A DNA stretch of 36,478 nucleotides, from positions 1 to 36,478 of the forward strand of contig CALVVX010000002.1 of assembly GCA_944364015.1 (NCBI GenBank), read 5' to 3'. The notes under the pieces are model-generated. The model was not told the DNA's origin. It saw only the letters and a list, made by a program, of their open reading frames with translations, and searched no databases. The position numbers and the translations under genes were made by a program. Positions 18,998-28,307 of this stretch are shown here, piece by piece (positions within the stretch are counted from its first letter, which is position 1; each line of letters begins with the position of its first letter). This stretch comes from an uncultured Bacilli bacterium. GTDB taxonomy: Bacteria; Bacillota_I; Bacilli_A; RF39; UBA660.

Positions 18998-20722
18998 TTA
19001 TTTTGTTAAATAAATATAAGGACTAACTATAGAACCATCACTATTAGAATAAAATTCTAAAGTATCTAATTCACTACAATTAGCTAAATCTAAATCACAT
19101 TTAAACAAAGAAAACGAATTATTAGACTTATAAGTTAAATAATACAAATTATCATTATTAAGAGCAATAATAGGACTAATACCATGACCACTACTTACAT
19201 AAGCAGATAAATCACTTTTACTAATACAACCACTGCCATCTTTATTACAACGATATAAAACAAAATTATTAGTATAACCACTACCCTCTAAAACAGAAGA
19301 AGTATAATATAAATAATTATCATTAACTAAAAACATAGGATTAATTGAAATAGCACTATTATCTAGAGTATAACCACTAGCACTCTTAATTATATTACAA
19401 TCACTACCATCTTTATTACAAGAATATATATCCATAACATTAGTAGTATTTGCAAAAGAAGAATAATAAACATTATTAAAATCAGATACAATTGTAACAT
19501 AAAAATTAGTAGCACTACTATTAACATAAGCTAAAGCAGTAGCAAATTTAGAACAATTACTACCATCTATATTACACTTATATAAATCAACATTAACTTT
19601 ATTATCATCAATCAAATCAGAATATGTTGTATAATAAATATATTCATCATTACTACTAATACTAGAAGAAATACCAACACCACTATCAGTAGAACTTTCT
19701 AATTTACTAAATACATCTAAAGTAGTAAAAGCATTACAATTACTACCATCTATATCACACTTATATAAATCAAAAACAGAAGTATAAGTACCACTATTAG
19801 GATTTTTTAAAGAAGTATAATATAAATAATCACTATTAATAGCAAAAGAAGAATTAACACTAACCTTATTTAAAGAATCAATATAAGAATTAACATTAGA
19901 AACTAAATCATTACTACATCCATCTATATCACACCTATACAAATTCATAGAAGAAGTATAACTATTAGTACCATATCTAGAAGAAGTATAAAATAAATTA
20001 TCAGATTTAGCAATAAAATTAGGACTAATACTAGCTAAAGAATTATTAACCATACTATAACCAGTAGCAATCTCACTACAATTACTAAAATCATCTAAAC
20101 AACGATTAATCTTAACAACAACATCACTACCATCTTCTAAAACAGTAGAATAATATAAATAATTAACATCATTAACTACTATATCTAAATTTTGATAAGA
20201 ATAAGCAATAGATAAATTAATACCATAATCAATATCAGAATAAAGTGTATAAGCAGGAATTTTAATATTTAAAAGACCTTTAGTACTATTACTAACATCA
20301 CTACACTCTACATAAGAAGAATCTTGATAACATAAATTTTCTATCGTAATACTACCAATATCCAAAGACTCATCAAAAGTATTAACATATACATCATTAC
20401 CATAACTATTATTAATAAAACTACCATAACTAAAAGTATTATCATCAACGGTAATTCTCTTAATAACTTCACTACCTAAAATATTAAAAGTAAAATCAAC
20501 AGTATTTAGACCAACTTCTACTTTTACTAACTCATAACTACTAAGATCATCCATTACATCTTCTAACATAAGAATCTGATCAGTCTCTAACATAGTATTA
20601 ACATAATAATCATCATTAATATTCTTAAGATTAATAGTAAGCTCTACTAAAAAGAAAGTAATTGTCATAGCAAGAACAGAAGCCACTATTATTTCTACTA
20701 ATAAATAACCCTTATTATTCAT
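18998..20722 (-). CDS. Modular prepilin-like protein: class-III signal/pilin N-terminus fused to a seven-repeat, Cys-containing beta-propeller-like domain
   Basis: 574 aa. MNNKG|YLLVEIIVASVLAMTITFFLV has Gly at -1, Glu at +5 and a hydrophobic helix. From aa 187 to the end there are seven units of about 55 aa, each with [YF]Y[TS]S ... LY[KR]C-x2-DGS-x-C. Confidence 0.75.
   Translation of the reverse strand: MNNKGYLLVEIIVASVLAMTITFFLVELTINLKNINDDYYVNTMLETDQILMLEDVMDDLSSYELVKVEVGLNTVDFTFNILGSEVIKRITVDDNTFSYGSFINNSYGNDVYVNTFDESLDIGSITIENLCYQDSSYVECSDVSNSTKGLLNIKIPAYTLYSDIDYGINLSIAYSYQNLDIVVNDVNYLYYSTVLEDGSDVVVKINRCLDDFSNCSEIATGYSMVNNSLASISPNFIAKSDNLFYTSSRYGTNSYTSSMNLYRCDIDGCSNDLVSNVNSYIDSLNKVSVNSSFAINSDYLYYTSLKNPNSGTYTSVFDLYKCDIDGSNCNAFTTLDVFSKLESSTDSGVGISSSISSNDEYIYYTTYSDLIDDNKVNVDLYKCNIDGSNCSKFATALAYVNSSATNFYVTIVSDFNNVYYSSFANTTNVMDIYSCNKDGSDCNIIKSASGYTLDNSAISINPMFLVNDNYLYYTSSVLEGSGYTNNFVLYRCNKDGSGCISKSDLSAYVSSGHGISPIIALNNDNLYYLTYKSNNSFSLFKCDLDLANCSELDTLEFYSNSDGSIVSPYIYLTK
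19001..20164 (-). repeat. Seven in-frame ~165-nt coding repeats (propeller-blade-like units) inside the 574-aa prepilin-like gene
   Basis: Protein-level anchors are YY at aa 189, 244, 300, 362, 419, 471 and 526, and C-x6/7-C at aa 208, 264, 322, 383, 435, 492 and 542. DNA-level echoes also recur, for example ATCTATATCACACTTATATAAATC-like strings near 19566, 19750 and 19921. Confidence 0.8.
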
Positions 20723-20729
20723 AAAATCC

Positions 20730-21239
20730 CTACCTTATCCTCAAAGACGCATAAGTATTATCTTGACTAACTGCAAATAACACATAACTATAATCACTAC
20801 TATTAAATAAATAATTAGAACTAGATTCTTTTACCATATCAATATAAAACAATAAATATTCTTCAAATTCTTCATCATAACTATTAGCCAAATTATTAAT
20901 AACAGTCTCATCATATTTAGCTAAATAAATATCTTTTATCTTATAAGTAGTAACAAATTTATCTAAAAAAGCTCTATAATAATTATCATTAAAAGTATCA
21001 TTATTAATTTTAGTATAAGTAAAACTATTATTACTAACTAATTGATTTAACAAAAACTCATCAATCAAAAAATTTTCTAAATTCTTAAGAGCATAAACAT
21101 TTTTAGCATCATAATAAGTATTTCTAATCTCATAAGCTTTATAAGTATTAGAAAAACCAGAATATAAACCAACCATAGTAGTTAAAAGCAATGTAGATAC
21201 TATAACTACTTCTGCTAACATAAAACCTTTATTATTCAT
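20730..21239 (-). CDS. Prepilin-like (pseudopilin) protein
   Basis: 169 aa. MNNKG|FMLAEVVIVSTLLLTTMVGLY has the same MNNKG leader as the downstream gene and Glu at +5. It sits 7 nt upstream of the 574-aa gene and is probably co-transcribed. Confidence 0.7.
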   Translation of the reverse strand: MNNKGFMLAEVVIVSTLLLTTMVGLYSGFSNTYKAYEIRNTYYDAKNVYALKNLENFLIDEFLLNQLVSNNSFTYTKINNDTFNDNYYRAFLDKFVTTYKIKDIYLAKYDETVINNLANSYDEEFEEYLLFYIDMVKESSSNYLFNSSDYSYVLFAVSQDNTYASLRIR

Positions 21240-21325
21240 ATCATCACCTATTATCTTTAAATATTATATAATATTTTTAATAAAATTACTAGTATAAAAT
21301 AAAAATAAAACTTAGAAAACAAATA

Positions 21326-21352
21326 TTAGCAATCTCTATTGACAATTGCTAA
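21326..21352. promoter_or_regulatory. CIRCE-like inverted repeat (candidate HrcA operator) upstream of clpB
   Basis: TTAGCAATC-N9-AATTGCTAA versus the CIRCE consensus TTAGCACTC-N9-GAGTGCTAA. The outer TTAGCA/TGCTAA arms and the 27-nt geometry are exact, with 3 mismatches in the inner triplets. It overlaps the -35 box. Confidence 0.6.
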
Positions 21353-21366
21353 TTATATGATATAAT
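21339..21366 (+). promoter_or_regulatory. Sigma-A type promoter of clpB
   Basis: TTGACA (21339-21344), a 16-nt spacer, then TGaTATAAT (extended -10; TATAAT at 21361-21366). It lies 8 nt upstream of the GAGGAGG RBS. Confidence 0.7.
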
Positions 21367-21386
21367 TAATAATGAGGAGGGATATT

Positions 21387-23498
21387 ATGAATGAACAAAA
21401 TATGTATCAAGAAAATTTAGAAAACGTATTAGAAAAATACGGACGAGATATAACACAAAGTGCCAAAGATGGAAAAATTGATCCTGTAATTGGTCGTGAT
21501 GATGAAATTAGATCTATAACTAGAATTTTATCTCGTAAAACAAAAAATAATCCAGTATTAATCGGAGAAGCAGGAGTTGGTAAAACAGCAATAGTAGAAG
21601 GATTAGCATCAAGAATAATAAAAAAAGATGTTCCAACTAGCTTACAAAATAAAACAATATGGGAATTAGACATGGGAGCATTAATCGCTGGAGCAAAATA
21701 TCGTGGAGAATTTGAAGAAAGACTAAAAGCAGTCTTAAAAAAAGTAAAAGAATCTGAAGGAAATATAATTATGTTTATTGATGAAATACACATGATTGTA
21801 GGAGCAGGAGCAATTGAAGGAGCAATGGATGTATCTAATATGTTAAAACCAATGCTAGCACGTGGAGAAATACATTGTATTGGGGCTACTACATTAAATG
21901 AATATCGTAAATATATAGAAAAAGATTCAGCACTAGAAAGACGTTTTCAAAACGTATTAGTAAAAGAACCTACTGTAATAGATACAATAACTATTTTACG
22001 TGGTTTAAAATCAAAATTTGAAGTATATCATGGAGTAAACATAAAAGATAGAGCATTAGTAAGTGCTGCTACTTTAGCAAATAGATATATAACTAATAGA
22101 TTCTTACCAGATAAAGCAATAGATTTAGTAGATGAAGCATGTGCTACAATTAAAGTACAAATGGAATCAGTACCTACTCAAATAGATAGTTTAACTAGAA
22201 AAATAATGCAACTAGAAATAGAAAAAGAAGCATTAAAAAAAGAAAAAGATGATATTTCTAAAAAAAGAATCCAAGAAATTAATAATAATTTAACTACATT
22301 AAAAGAACAAGAAAAAACTCTTCGTACAAACTGGGAAGAAGAAAAAGAAATAAATAATAAAATTAGCAAGAAAAAAGAAGAATTAGAACATGCAAATTAT
22401 GAATTAGAAAAAGCTGAATCTAATTATGATTTAGAAAGTGCTGCTAGACTTCGTCATGGAACAATACCAAAATTAGAACAAGAATTAAAACAATTACAAC
22501 AAAACAATAAATCAGATATATTAAGTGATACAGTAGATGAAGATAACATAGCACAAATTATATCAAAATGGACTAATATTCCAATAAATAAATTAGTCGG
22601 GGGTGAAAAAGAAAAATTGCTACATTTAAAAGAAAACATGAAAAAAAGAGTAAAAGGACAAGACCAAGCAATAGAATTAGTAGCAGAAGCAATAATAAGA
22701 GCACGAGCAGGCATAAAAGACCCAAATAGACCAATAGGATCATTCATATTTCTAGGACCAACTGGAGTTGGAAAAACAGAAATAGCTAAAACATTAGCAT
22801 ATGAATTATTTGATGATGAGAAACACATGATAAGAATTGATATGAGTGAATATATGGAAGCACATTCAGTAGCGAGATTAATTGGATCGCCTCCAGGATA
22901 TGTAGGATATGATGATGGAGGACAATTAACTGAAGCAGTAAGAAGAAACCCATATTCAATAGTATTATTCGATGAAATAGAAAAAGCCCACAAAGATGTA
23001 TTTAATATATTATTACAAATATTAGATGATGGTAGAATAACAGATTCTCAAGGAAGAACAGTAGATTTTAAAAACACAATCATAATAATGACTTCTAATC
23101 TAGGAAGTGAACACATATTAGATAAAAATATAAATGCAAAAGAATTAATAATGAATGAATTACAACATACATTCAAACCAGAATTTATAAACAGAATAGA
23201 TGAAATAATAATATTTAATTCATTATCAAAAGATACAATCTATACTATATTAGATAAAATAATAAAAGATATAGAAAACAGACTAAAAGATAAACACATA
23301 ACAATAACACTAACAGAAGAAGCAAAAAAATATATAGTAGAAAACTCATATAACGAAGAATATGGAGCTAGACCAATAAAAAGATATGTAGCAAGAAATA
23401 TAGAAAGCTTAATAGCAAATAATATAATTAATGATACTATAAAATATCAAGATAATATAGTTATAGATATAAAAAACAAAGAGTTTATTATAAAATAA
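21387..23498 (+). CDS. clpB: ClpB-type AAA+ disaggregase lacking the N-terminal domain
   Basis: Two AAA modules (GEAGVGKTA and GPTGVGKTE Walker A motifs), a coiled-coil middle domain (aa ~265-390, Glu/Lys-rich), and GARPIKRY at the C-terminus. The sequence begins only about 35 aa before the [15 protein letters not shown] block, so the ~150-aa Clp_N repeat domain is absent. The start is set at the ATG 6 nt after GAGGAGG; the track's ATG at 21372 overlaps the RBS. Confidence 0.92.
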   Translation: MNEQNMYQENLENVLEKYGRDITQSAKDGKIDPVIGRDDEIRSITRILSRKTKNNPVLIGEAGVGKTAIVEGLASRIIKKDVPTSLQNKTIWELDMGALIAGAKYRGEFEERLKAVLKKVKESEGNIIMFIDEIHMIVGAGAIEGAMDVSNMLKPMLARGEIHCIGATTLNEYRKYIEKDSALERRFQNVLVKEPTVIDTITILRGLKSKFEVYHGVNIKDRALVSAATLANRYITNRFLPDKAIDLVDEACATIKVQMESVPTQIDSLTRKIMQLEIEKEALKKEKDDISKKRIQEINNNLTTLKEQEKTLRTNWEEEKEINNKISKKKEELEHANYELEKAESNYDLESAARLRHGTIPKLEQELKQLQQNNKSDILSDTVDEDNIAQIISKWTNIPINKLVGGEKEKLLHLKENMKKRVKGQDQAIELVAEAIIRARAGIKDPNRPIGSFIFLGPTGVGKTEIAKTLAYELFDDEKHMIRIDMSEYMEAHSVARLIGSPPGYVGYDDGGQLTEAVRRNPYSIVLFDEIEKAHKDVFNILLQILDDGRITDSQGRTVDFKNTIIIMTSNLGSEHILDKNINAKELIMNELQHTFKPEFINRIDEIIIFNSLSKDTIYTILDKIIKDIENRLKDKHITITLTEEAKKYIVENSYNEEYGARPIKRYVARNIESLIANNIINDTIKYQDNIVIDIKNKEFIIK

Positions 23499-23524
23499 GC
23501 TCTTTTTCATATTTTCCTCCTACG

Positions 23525-23579
23525 AAAAAATACAAGAAAATTATTCTATTTTACATAGAACTTATTTCTTGTATTTTTT
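23525..23579. terminator. Bidirectional compound hairpin between convergent clpB and the rhomboid operon
   Basis: Perfect 15-bp outer stem AAAAAATACAAGAAA / TTTCTTGTATTTTTT (23525-23539 / 23565-23579). It encloses an inner 6-bp stem TTCTAT/ATAGAA. The A6/T6 ends give a U-tail in both orientations. Confidence 0.75.
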
Positions 23580-23675
23580 CTTAATATTCTACTACATTTA
23601 TTAATATATGTTTTTAGTAATAAATTTGACCCCCACATTTACTTCTAGTTAACATATTTATTCCCTCTTTCTTTT

Positions 23676-24836
23676 TTATATTGTATAGAAGAACGCTAAA
23701 TAAATACAAAATGCAACATAAATAGTAAATAGTACTATTCCATTAATTTTTTCTGTATTATTCTTCTTATTTGGAACTCCAATTGCCATAGTAGCTAGTA
23801 TTCCTCCTACTAAGCCCCCTATATGGGCAAAATTATCAATTCCTGTTAGCATAAATCCTAAAATTAAATTAAGAACTATTATTGGTAATATTTGACTTTT
23901 AATTACATTACCTAAATAAATACGATAATGATAACCAAAATATAACAAACAACCAAGTAATCCAAATATTGCACCACTTGCACCAGCGGATATTACATTA
24001 TGATTAAAGGCAATAGATAACATACTACCTGTAATTGCACTAACTAAATATATAAATATATATCTAGCTTTACCAAAAAAACTCTCTACTTGTGGTCCTA
24101 TTATATATAATGCATACATATTAAATAATAAATGAAATATACCAATATGTATAAAAGCACAAGTTACTAATCGATAAAATTCTCCACTTTTAGTTAAAGT
24201 ATCTAAATTAGCACCAAAATTAAGAAGTGTTAAATTATCATAACTACCATTTCCAAATATATACATACTAATAAATACAATTACACATATAGCCATAATT
24301 AAGTATGTAATAATTGGTTTTTTTCTTTCAAATGTTCTTATATGTTCTACATTACTTTTAGCATTTTTCTTATTAATATCATCTGTTATTTTTAACATTA
24401 AATTAATTCCTCTTTCTTTGAATTTTGTTTTTTCTACAATATCAGGAAATACTTCAATTAAATGATTAGTCTTTAAATCAGATATTTTTTCAACAAATAC
24501 ATCTAAAGAATTATCATCATAATCATTTAAAACAACACTATCTCCTATATCTGTATAAATATTTAAAACATCCATCTTTAATGATAAAGTTTTTCTTTTA
24601 ATACTCTTAATTATCTTATTTACTTTAAATTTATCAAATCTCATTTGTTCATTATTATGAATATAATGAGAAACTAATCTTACGACCCGATATTCTTCAT
24701 CTAAATTCTCAAGCCAAATTTCATCATTAACACCATGTAATATAATAGGATTATAGTTTTTTTCAGTAATAAAATAATGTGCTAATTTGAATATAATTAT
24801 ATCTTTAGAACTAAATTTAGTCAAAGGTACATTCAT
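23676..24836 (-). CDS. Rhomboid-family intramembrane serine protease (GluP-like) with a cytoplasmic N-terminal domain
   Basis: 386 aa. The C-terminal 6-TM core has HIGIFHLLFNMYALY, the catalytic GASGAIFGLLG, and HIGGLVGG. Confidence 0.88.
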   Translation of the reverse strand: MNVPLTKFSSKDIIIFKLAHYFITEKNYNPIILHGVNDEIWLENLDEEYRVVRLVSHYIHNNEQMRFDKFKVNKIIKSIKRKTLSLKMDVLNIYTDIGDSVVLNDYDDNSLDVFVEKISDLKTNHLIEVFPDIVEKTKFKERGINLMLKITDDINKKNAKSNVEHIRTFERKKPIITYLIMAICVIVFISMYIFGNGSYDNLTLLNFGANLDTLTKSGEFYRLVTCAFIHIGIFHLLFNMYALYIIGPQVESFFGKARYIFIYLVSAITGSMLSIAFNHNVISAGASGAIFGLLGCLLYFGYHYRIYLGNVIKSQILPIIVLNLILGFMLTGIDNFAHIGGLVGGILATMAIGVPNKKNNTEKINGIVLFTIYVAFCIYLAFFYTI

Positions 24837-24849
24837 ACTATCACTTCCC

Positions 24850-25746
24850 CTATTTTTTATAAACTTCTAATATCTCATAAAACCTCTTCGGAGGTTTAGA
24901 ATAAAATTTCATATACTCATTAGTAATGGGATGAATAAAACCAATACTACAAGCATGTAACATTTGTCCAAATTCTAAATCATAACACTTTTTATAACCA
25001 TATACATAATCATTTACAATAGGATGATTAATATAAGCTAGATGCACTCTTATTTGATGTGTTCTACCAGTTTCTAAACTACATTCAATTAAAGTACTAT
25101 CTTTATATCGCTCTAATACTGTTAAATGTGTAATAGCATCTTTAGAATTAACATCAGTTACACACATTTTTTTTCTATTATTTTTATCTCTTCCAACTGG
25201 TGCATCAATAGTAGCGCTCTCTTCTTTAATAACACCATGTACTAAAGCTAAATATTTTCTATCTACTTTATGTTCTTTTAATTCACTAGCTAATTTTAGA
25301 TGAATATCATCATTTTTAGCAACAAGTAATAAACCAGAAGTATCTCTATCAATTCTATGTACAATACCAGGTCTAATAACTCCATTTATAGAGCTTAACT
25401 TATTACAATGATACATCAAAGCATTAACTAATGTATCAGTATAATGACCAAATGCAGGATGAACTACCATACCACTAGGTTTATTAACTACTAGTAAGTA
25501 ATCATCTTCATATACTATATCTAGTTTAATATTTTGAGCTTTAATATCTATTTTTTCATTCAAATCAAGATCAACACTAATTACATCATCTACTTTTAGA
25601 TTATAACTATTTTTAACCTTTCTTTGATTAACTAATATTTTACCACTTTCTATTAATTTTTGCAATTTAGATCTACTAATATCTAACTCATTTAACAAAA
25701 ATTTATCAATTCTATCTTCATTTTCATAAACAGTAATTAATCTCAT
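24850..25746 (-). CDS. rluD: RluA-family 23S rRNA pseudouridine synthase (RluD-like)
   Basis: 298 aa. N-terminal S4 domain (RIDKFL..ISRSKLQKLIESGKILVN), catalytic HRIDRDTSGLLLVAKN, and GRTHQIRVHL. Sits downstream of lspA as in many Firmicutes, with a 4-nt overlap. Confidence 0.9.
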   Translation of the reverse strand: MRLITVYENEDRIDKFLLNELDISRSKLQKLIESGKILVNQRKVKNSYNLKVDDVISVDLDLNEKIDIKAQNIKLDIVYEDDYLLVVNKPSGMVVHPAFGHYTDTLVNALMYHCNKLSSINGVIRPGIVHRIDRDTSGLLLVAKNDDIHLKLASELKEHKVDRKYLALVHGVIKEESATIDAPVGRDKNNRKKMCVTDVNSKDAITHLTVLERYKDSTLIECSLETGRTHQIRVHLAYINHPIVNDYVYGYKKCYDLEFGQMLHACSIGFIHPITNEYMKFYSKPPKRFYEILEVYKK

Positions 25747-26195
25747 TTCTTATCACTCCTAAAGCTATCAAATAAAAGTAAAATAATAGATATAACTATA
25801 AAACTATCTGCTAAATTAAAAATTGCAAAATTATAACCAAAAAAAGTAAAATCAAAAAAATCTATTACATAACCATATACTACTCTATCAAATAAATTAC
25901 CTAAAATACCTCCAAGTAAAAGGGAATAACAAATAAATTCTAATTTAGTTTTTAATTTATTTTTAATTAAAAATATAATAAGTAAAATAATAACAATAAT
26001 AGATACAATAATTAAAAGCAATCTATAATTAACTAAAATACAAAAAGCTAATCCATAATTTATAATATAAATAAAAATAAAAAAATCATCAATAATAACC
26101 AAACTATTATTTAACTCTAAATTAGTACTAATTATAACTTTAGAAACTAAATCAATTAAAAATAAAATAAAACTATAAATAATAACTCTACCCAT
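25743..26195 (-). CDS. lspA: Lipoprotein signal peptidase (signal peptidase II)
   Basis: 150 aa, 4 TM. Motifs NYGLAFCIL, GNLFDRVVYGYVIDFFDF and FNLADSFIVISIILLL. Confidence 0.88.
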   Translation of the reverse strand: MGRVIIYSFILFLIDLVSKVIISTNLELNNSLVIIDDFFIFIYIINYGLAFCILVNYRLLLIIVSIIVIILLIIFLIKNKLKTKLEFICYSLLLGGILGNLFDRVVYGYVIDFFDFTFFGYNFAIFNLADSFIVISIILLLFDSFRSDKK

Positions 26196-26706
26196 TTTCT
26201 ATCCCACTATTTAAGAAAGTAACATTATCATAAACATAACCATTATTCCTATTAGCATCACTAATACAAGCTAAATCATAACGAAAATAATTAACCTTAT
26301 CTTCATCTTGAAATACTTCAATTTGAGTATTTATATCACAATGTTTACCTGTTTTAGGATTAATAAAATCATTCTCATCAAATAATCCTGCCTCAATTAT
26401 ACTATTAAAAGTTACAATATCACTAACTCTATATGCTTTAACTTCCTGACAATCAGTATCAGTAGATAAATTACATTTTCTAACAATATTAAAACTCATA
26501 GTATTAAGATTAAAATCAGTAGCATTAAGTGCAATATAATCATCAATAAGCCTATTAAGTCTTTCTACAAAAACAGCCTCTGTTTTAGTTTTAGAAGACT
26601 CATAAGCATTAATACTAACAGGAATAATAATCGCTAGTAAAACTCCAATAATAGAAATAACTGCTAGTAATTCTACTAAAGTAAACCCTTTTTTATTTAA
26701 CATCAC
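26188..26706 (-). CDS. Type IV pilin / pseudopilin-like protein (canonical N-terminal methylation motif)
   Basis: 172 aa. MMLNKKG|FTLVELLAVISIIGVLLAIIIPV is a textbook prepilin class-III signal. The globular part has Cys pairs (CNLSTDTDC; C..C near the C-terminus). The stop overlaps the lspA start by 8 nt. Confidence 0.82.
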   Translation of the reverse strand: MMLNKKGFTLVELLAVISIIGVLLAIIIPVSINAYESSKTKTEAVFVERLNRLIDDYIALNATDFNLNTMSFNIVRKCNLSTDTDCQEVKAYRVSDIVTFNSIIEAGLFDENDFINPKTGKHCDINTQIEVFQDEDKVNYFRYDLACISDANRNNGYVYDNVTFLNSGIENG

Positions 26707-26803
26707 ATTCCCTCTTTTCTATTTAATTTTATCATAATATTTTAATTTATAAAATAGTTTTATTAAAAAAATAAAAATGTGTTATAATAAACATGGTGAA
26801 ACT

Positions 26804-27133
26804 ATGAAATTAATATATAACAATAAACAAATATATATGTATAATGCAACAACTTTTAAATCTAGATTAATAGGATTTATGTTTAAAAAAAACATAGATA
26901 AAGCTATTTTATTTAAAAAATGTAGAAGTATTCATACTTTTTTTATGAAAAGTAATATTGATGTAATTATGTGCAATAATAATAATGAAATAATATATTA
27001 TTATAAAAACTTAACACCAAATAAAGTAATATTACCAAAGAAAAATGTATCTTATGTAATAGAATTACCTATTAATTATTTTGATATAAAATTAAATACT
27101 AAAATAATTATTTCTTCTTATGATCCCAAATAA
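26804..27133 (+). CDS. DUF192-family protein
   Basis: About 109 aa from the ATG behind GGTGA (the track ORF starts at 26777). FKSRLIGFMFKK..AILFKKCRSIHTFFMKSNIDVIM..VILPKKNVSYVIELP matches the DUF192 (COG1430) pattern. The 3' end overlaps convergent tagO by 26 nt. Confidence 0.7.
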   Translation: MKLIYNNKQIYMYNATTFKSRLIGFMFKKNIDKAILFKKCRSIHTFFMKSNIDVIMCNNNNEIIYYYKNLTPNKVILPKKNVSYVIELPINYFDIKLNTKIIISSYDPK

Positions 27134-28136
27134 TATTAGTCTTAAATATAAATGTAATAACAATAATAAGTAAAACAACATAAATAATTATACCAAAAGT
27201 ATTATCTTTTAATACGTATATAATTGAAGCAATTGCAAATAATATATCTACAAAGTATATAATTAAAACAGTAGCTCTTTGAGAAAAATGAAGTCTAAGT
27301 AATTGATGATGAAGATGATTTTTATCTGGAGCAGATATTGTTTTATGATTAATAAGTCTTCTTAATATAGCTAATAAAGTATCTAATATTGGAATAGCTA
27401 ATAATAAAAGTGGCACTATAAAGGAAGTTAGAGTAATATTTTTAAATCCTAATAAAGCAATAACTGATATAATATAACCTAAAAACATACTACCAGAATC
27501 TCCCATAAAAATCTTCGCAGGATTAAAATTATGCCATAAAAAGCCTAATGTACTACCTAACATAACAAAAGTAAGTATTACATCTAAACCACTTGAATTT
27601 TTAAGTAAAATAGCAATAATTCCTACAGTTAAAAAGTATATAGAAGAAAGACCTCCTGCTAAACCATCTAAACCATCTATTAAATTCATACAATTAATAA
27701 TTGATACAATAAATAAAATAGTAATAGGAATACTAAATATACCAAAATCAATATATAAACCAAAAGCACTAATTTCATTTAATACAATACCACCATAAAT
27801 AGGTATAATAGAAGCTCCAACAAGTTGTCCAATAAACTTATATTTAGCGGGTATTGGTTTAATATCATCAATTATACCAGTAATTATAATAACAAAACTA
27901 CCAATTAAAATAGAATTCATCTGAATTGATTCTTTACCAAAAATCATATATCCAAGTAAAAAGCCAAAATATATACCTAAACCACCGAGTCTAGGAATAG
28001 CTACTTTATGTACTTTTCTTTCATTTGGAATATCTAGTGCATTAATATGTCTTGCAATTTTTCCAACAGTTGGAATAAATAAAACTGTAAATAAAAATGT
28101 AATTGCTACCATTAATATAATATTAGATAACTGCAT
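27108..28136 (-). CDS. tagO: Glycosyltransferase family 4 undecaprenyl-phosphate HexNAc-1-phosphate transferase (TagO/WecA-like)
   Basis: 342 aa, about 10 TM. Motifs IPRLGGLGIY, IIDDIKPIPAKYKF, NCMNLIDGLDGLAGG, NPAKIFMGDSGSMFLGY and HLHHQLL are typical of the MraY/WecA superfamily. Length and motifs fit TagO rather than MraY. Confidence 0.85.
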   Translation of the reverse strand: MQLSNIILMVAITFLFTVLFIPTVGKIARHINALDIPNERKVHKVAIPRLGGLGIYFGFLLGYMIFGKESIQMNSILIGSFVIIITGIIDDIKPIPAKYKFIGQLVGASIIPIYGGIVLNEISAFGLYIDFGIFSIPITILFIVSIINCMNLIDGLDGLAGGLSSIYFLTVGIIAILLKNSSGLDVILTFVMLGSTLGFLWHNFNPAKIFMGDSGSMFLGYIISVIALLGFKNITLTSFIVPLLLLAIPILDTLLAILRRLINHKTISAPDKNHLHHQLLRLHFSQRATVLIIYFVDILFAIASIIYVLKDNTFGIIIYVVLLIIVITFIFKTNIIWDHKKK

Positions 28137-28307
28137 AAAATCACCTCAAAACGTCTAATTACATTATACAATAGTTTTAAAAAATAAGCAAATTCATTAT
28201 TATATTTTTCTATTTAATAAAATATATACATGGTATTTTTTTGCTATAATAATTTATCTATATAATAACAAAATAATAATGTAGTCTAAATAAAGGAGAT
28301 GTTTAAA

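Noticed and set aside
21407-22993. Three minus-strand ORFs (21407-21793, 22178-22369, 22454-22993) inside clpB
   Set aside because: They lie entirely antisense to a full-length, motif-complete clpB. Their translations are low-complexity Ser/Phe/Ile-rich shadows typical of the reverse frame of an A+T-rich, Lys/Glu-rich gene. None has an RBS.
23409-23510. 33-aa hydrophobic minus-strand ORF ([33 protein letters not shown]) with a strong AGGAGG RBS, antisense to the clpB 3' end; looks superficially like a type I toxin
   Set aside because: The SD sits only 5 nt downstream of the 15-bp terminator stem that ends the rhomboid operon, so there is no room for a promoter. Ile/Tyr/Phe-rich peptides arise easily from the antisense of A+T-rich coding DNA. 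It is worth a glance in RNA-seq, but the sequence alone does not support it.
23614-23655. 13-aa ORF (MLTRSKCGGQIYY) with an AGAGGGA RBS just after the rhomboid stop
   Set aside because: Too short to evaluate and with no family resemblance. It could be chance. It lies upstream of the terminator, so it would be transcribed, but there is no evidence of function.
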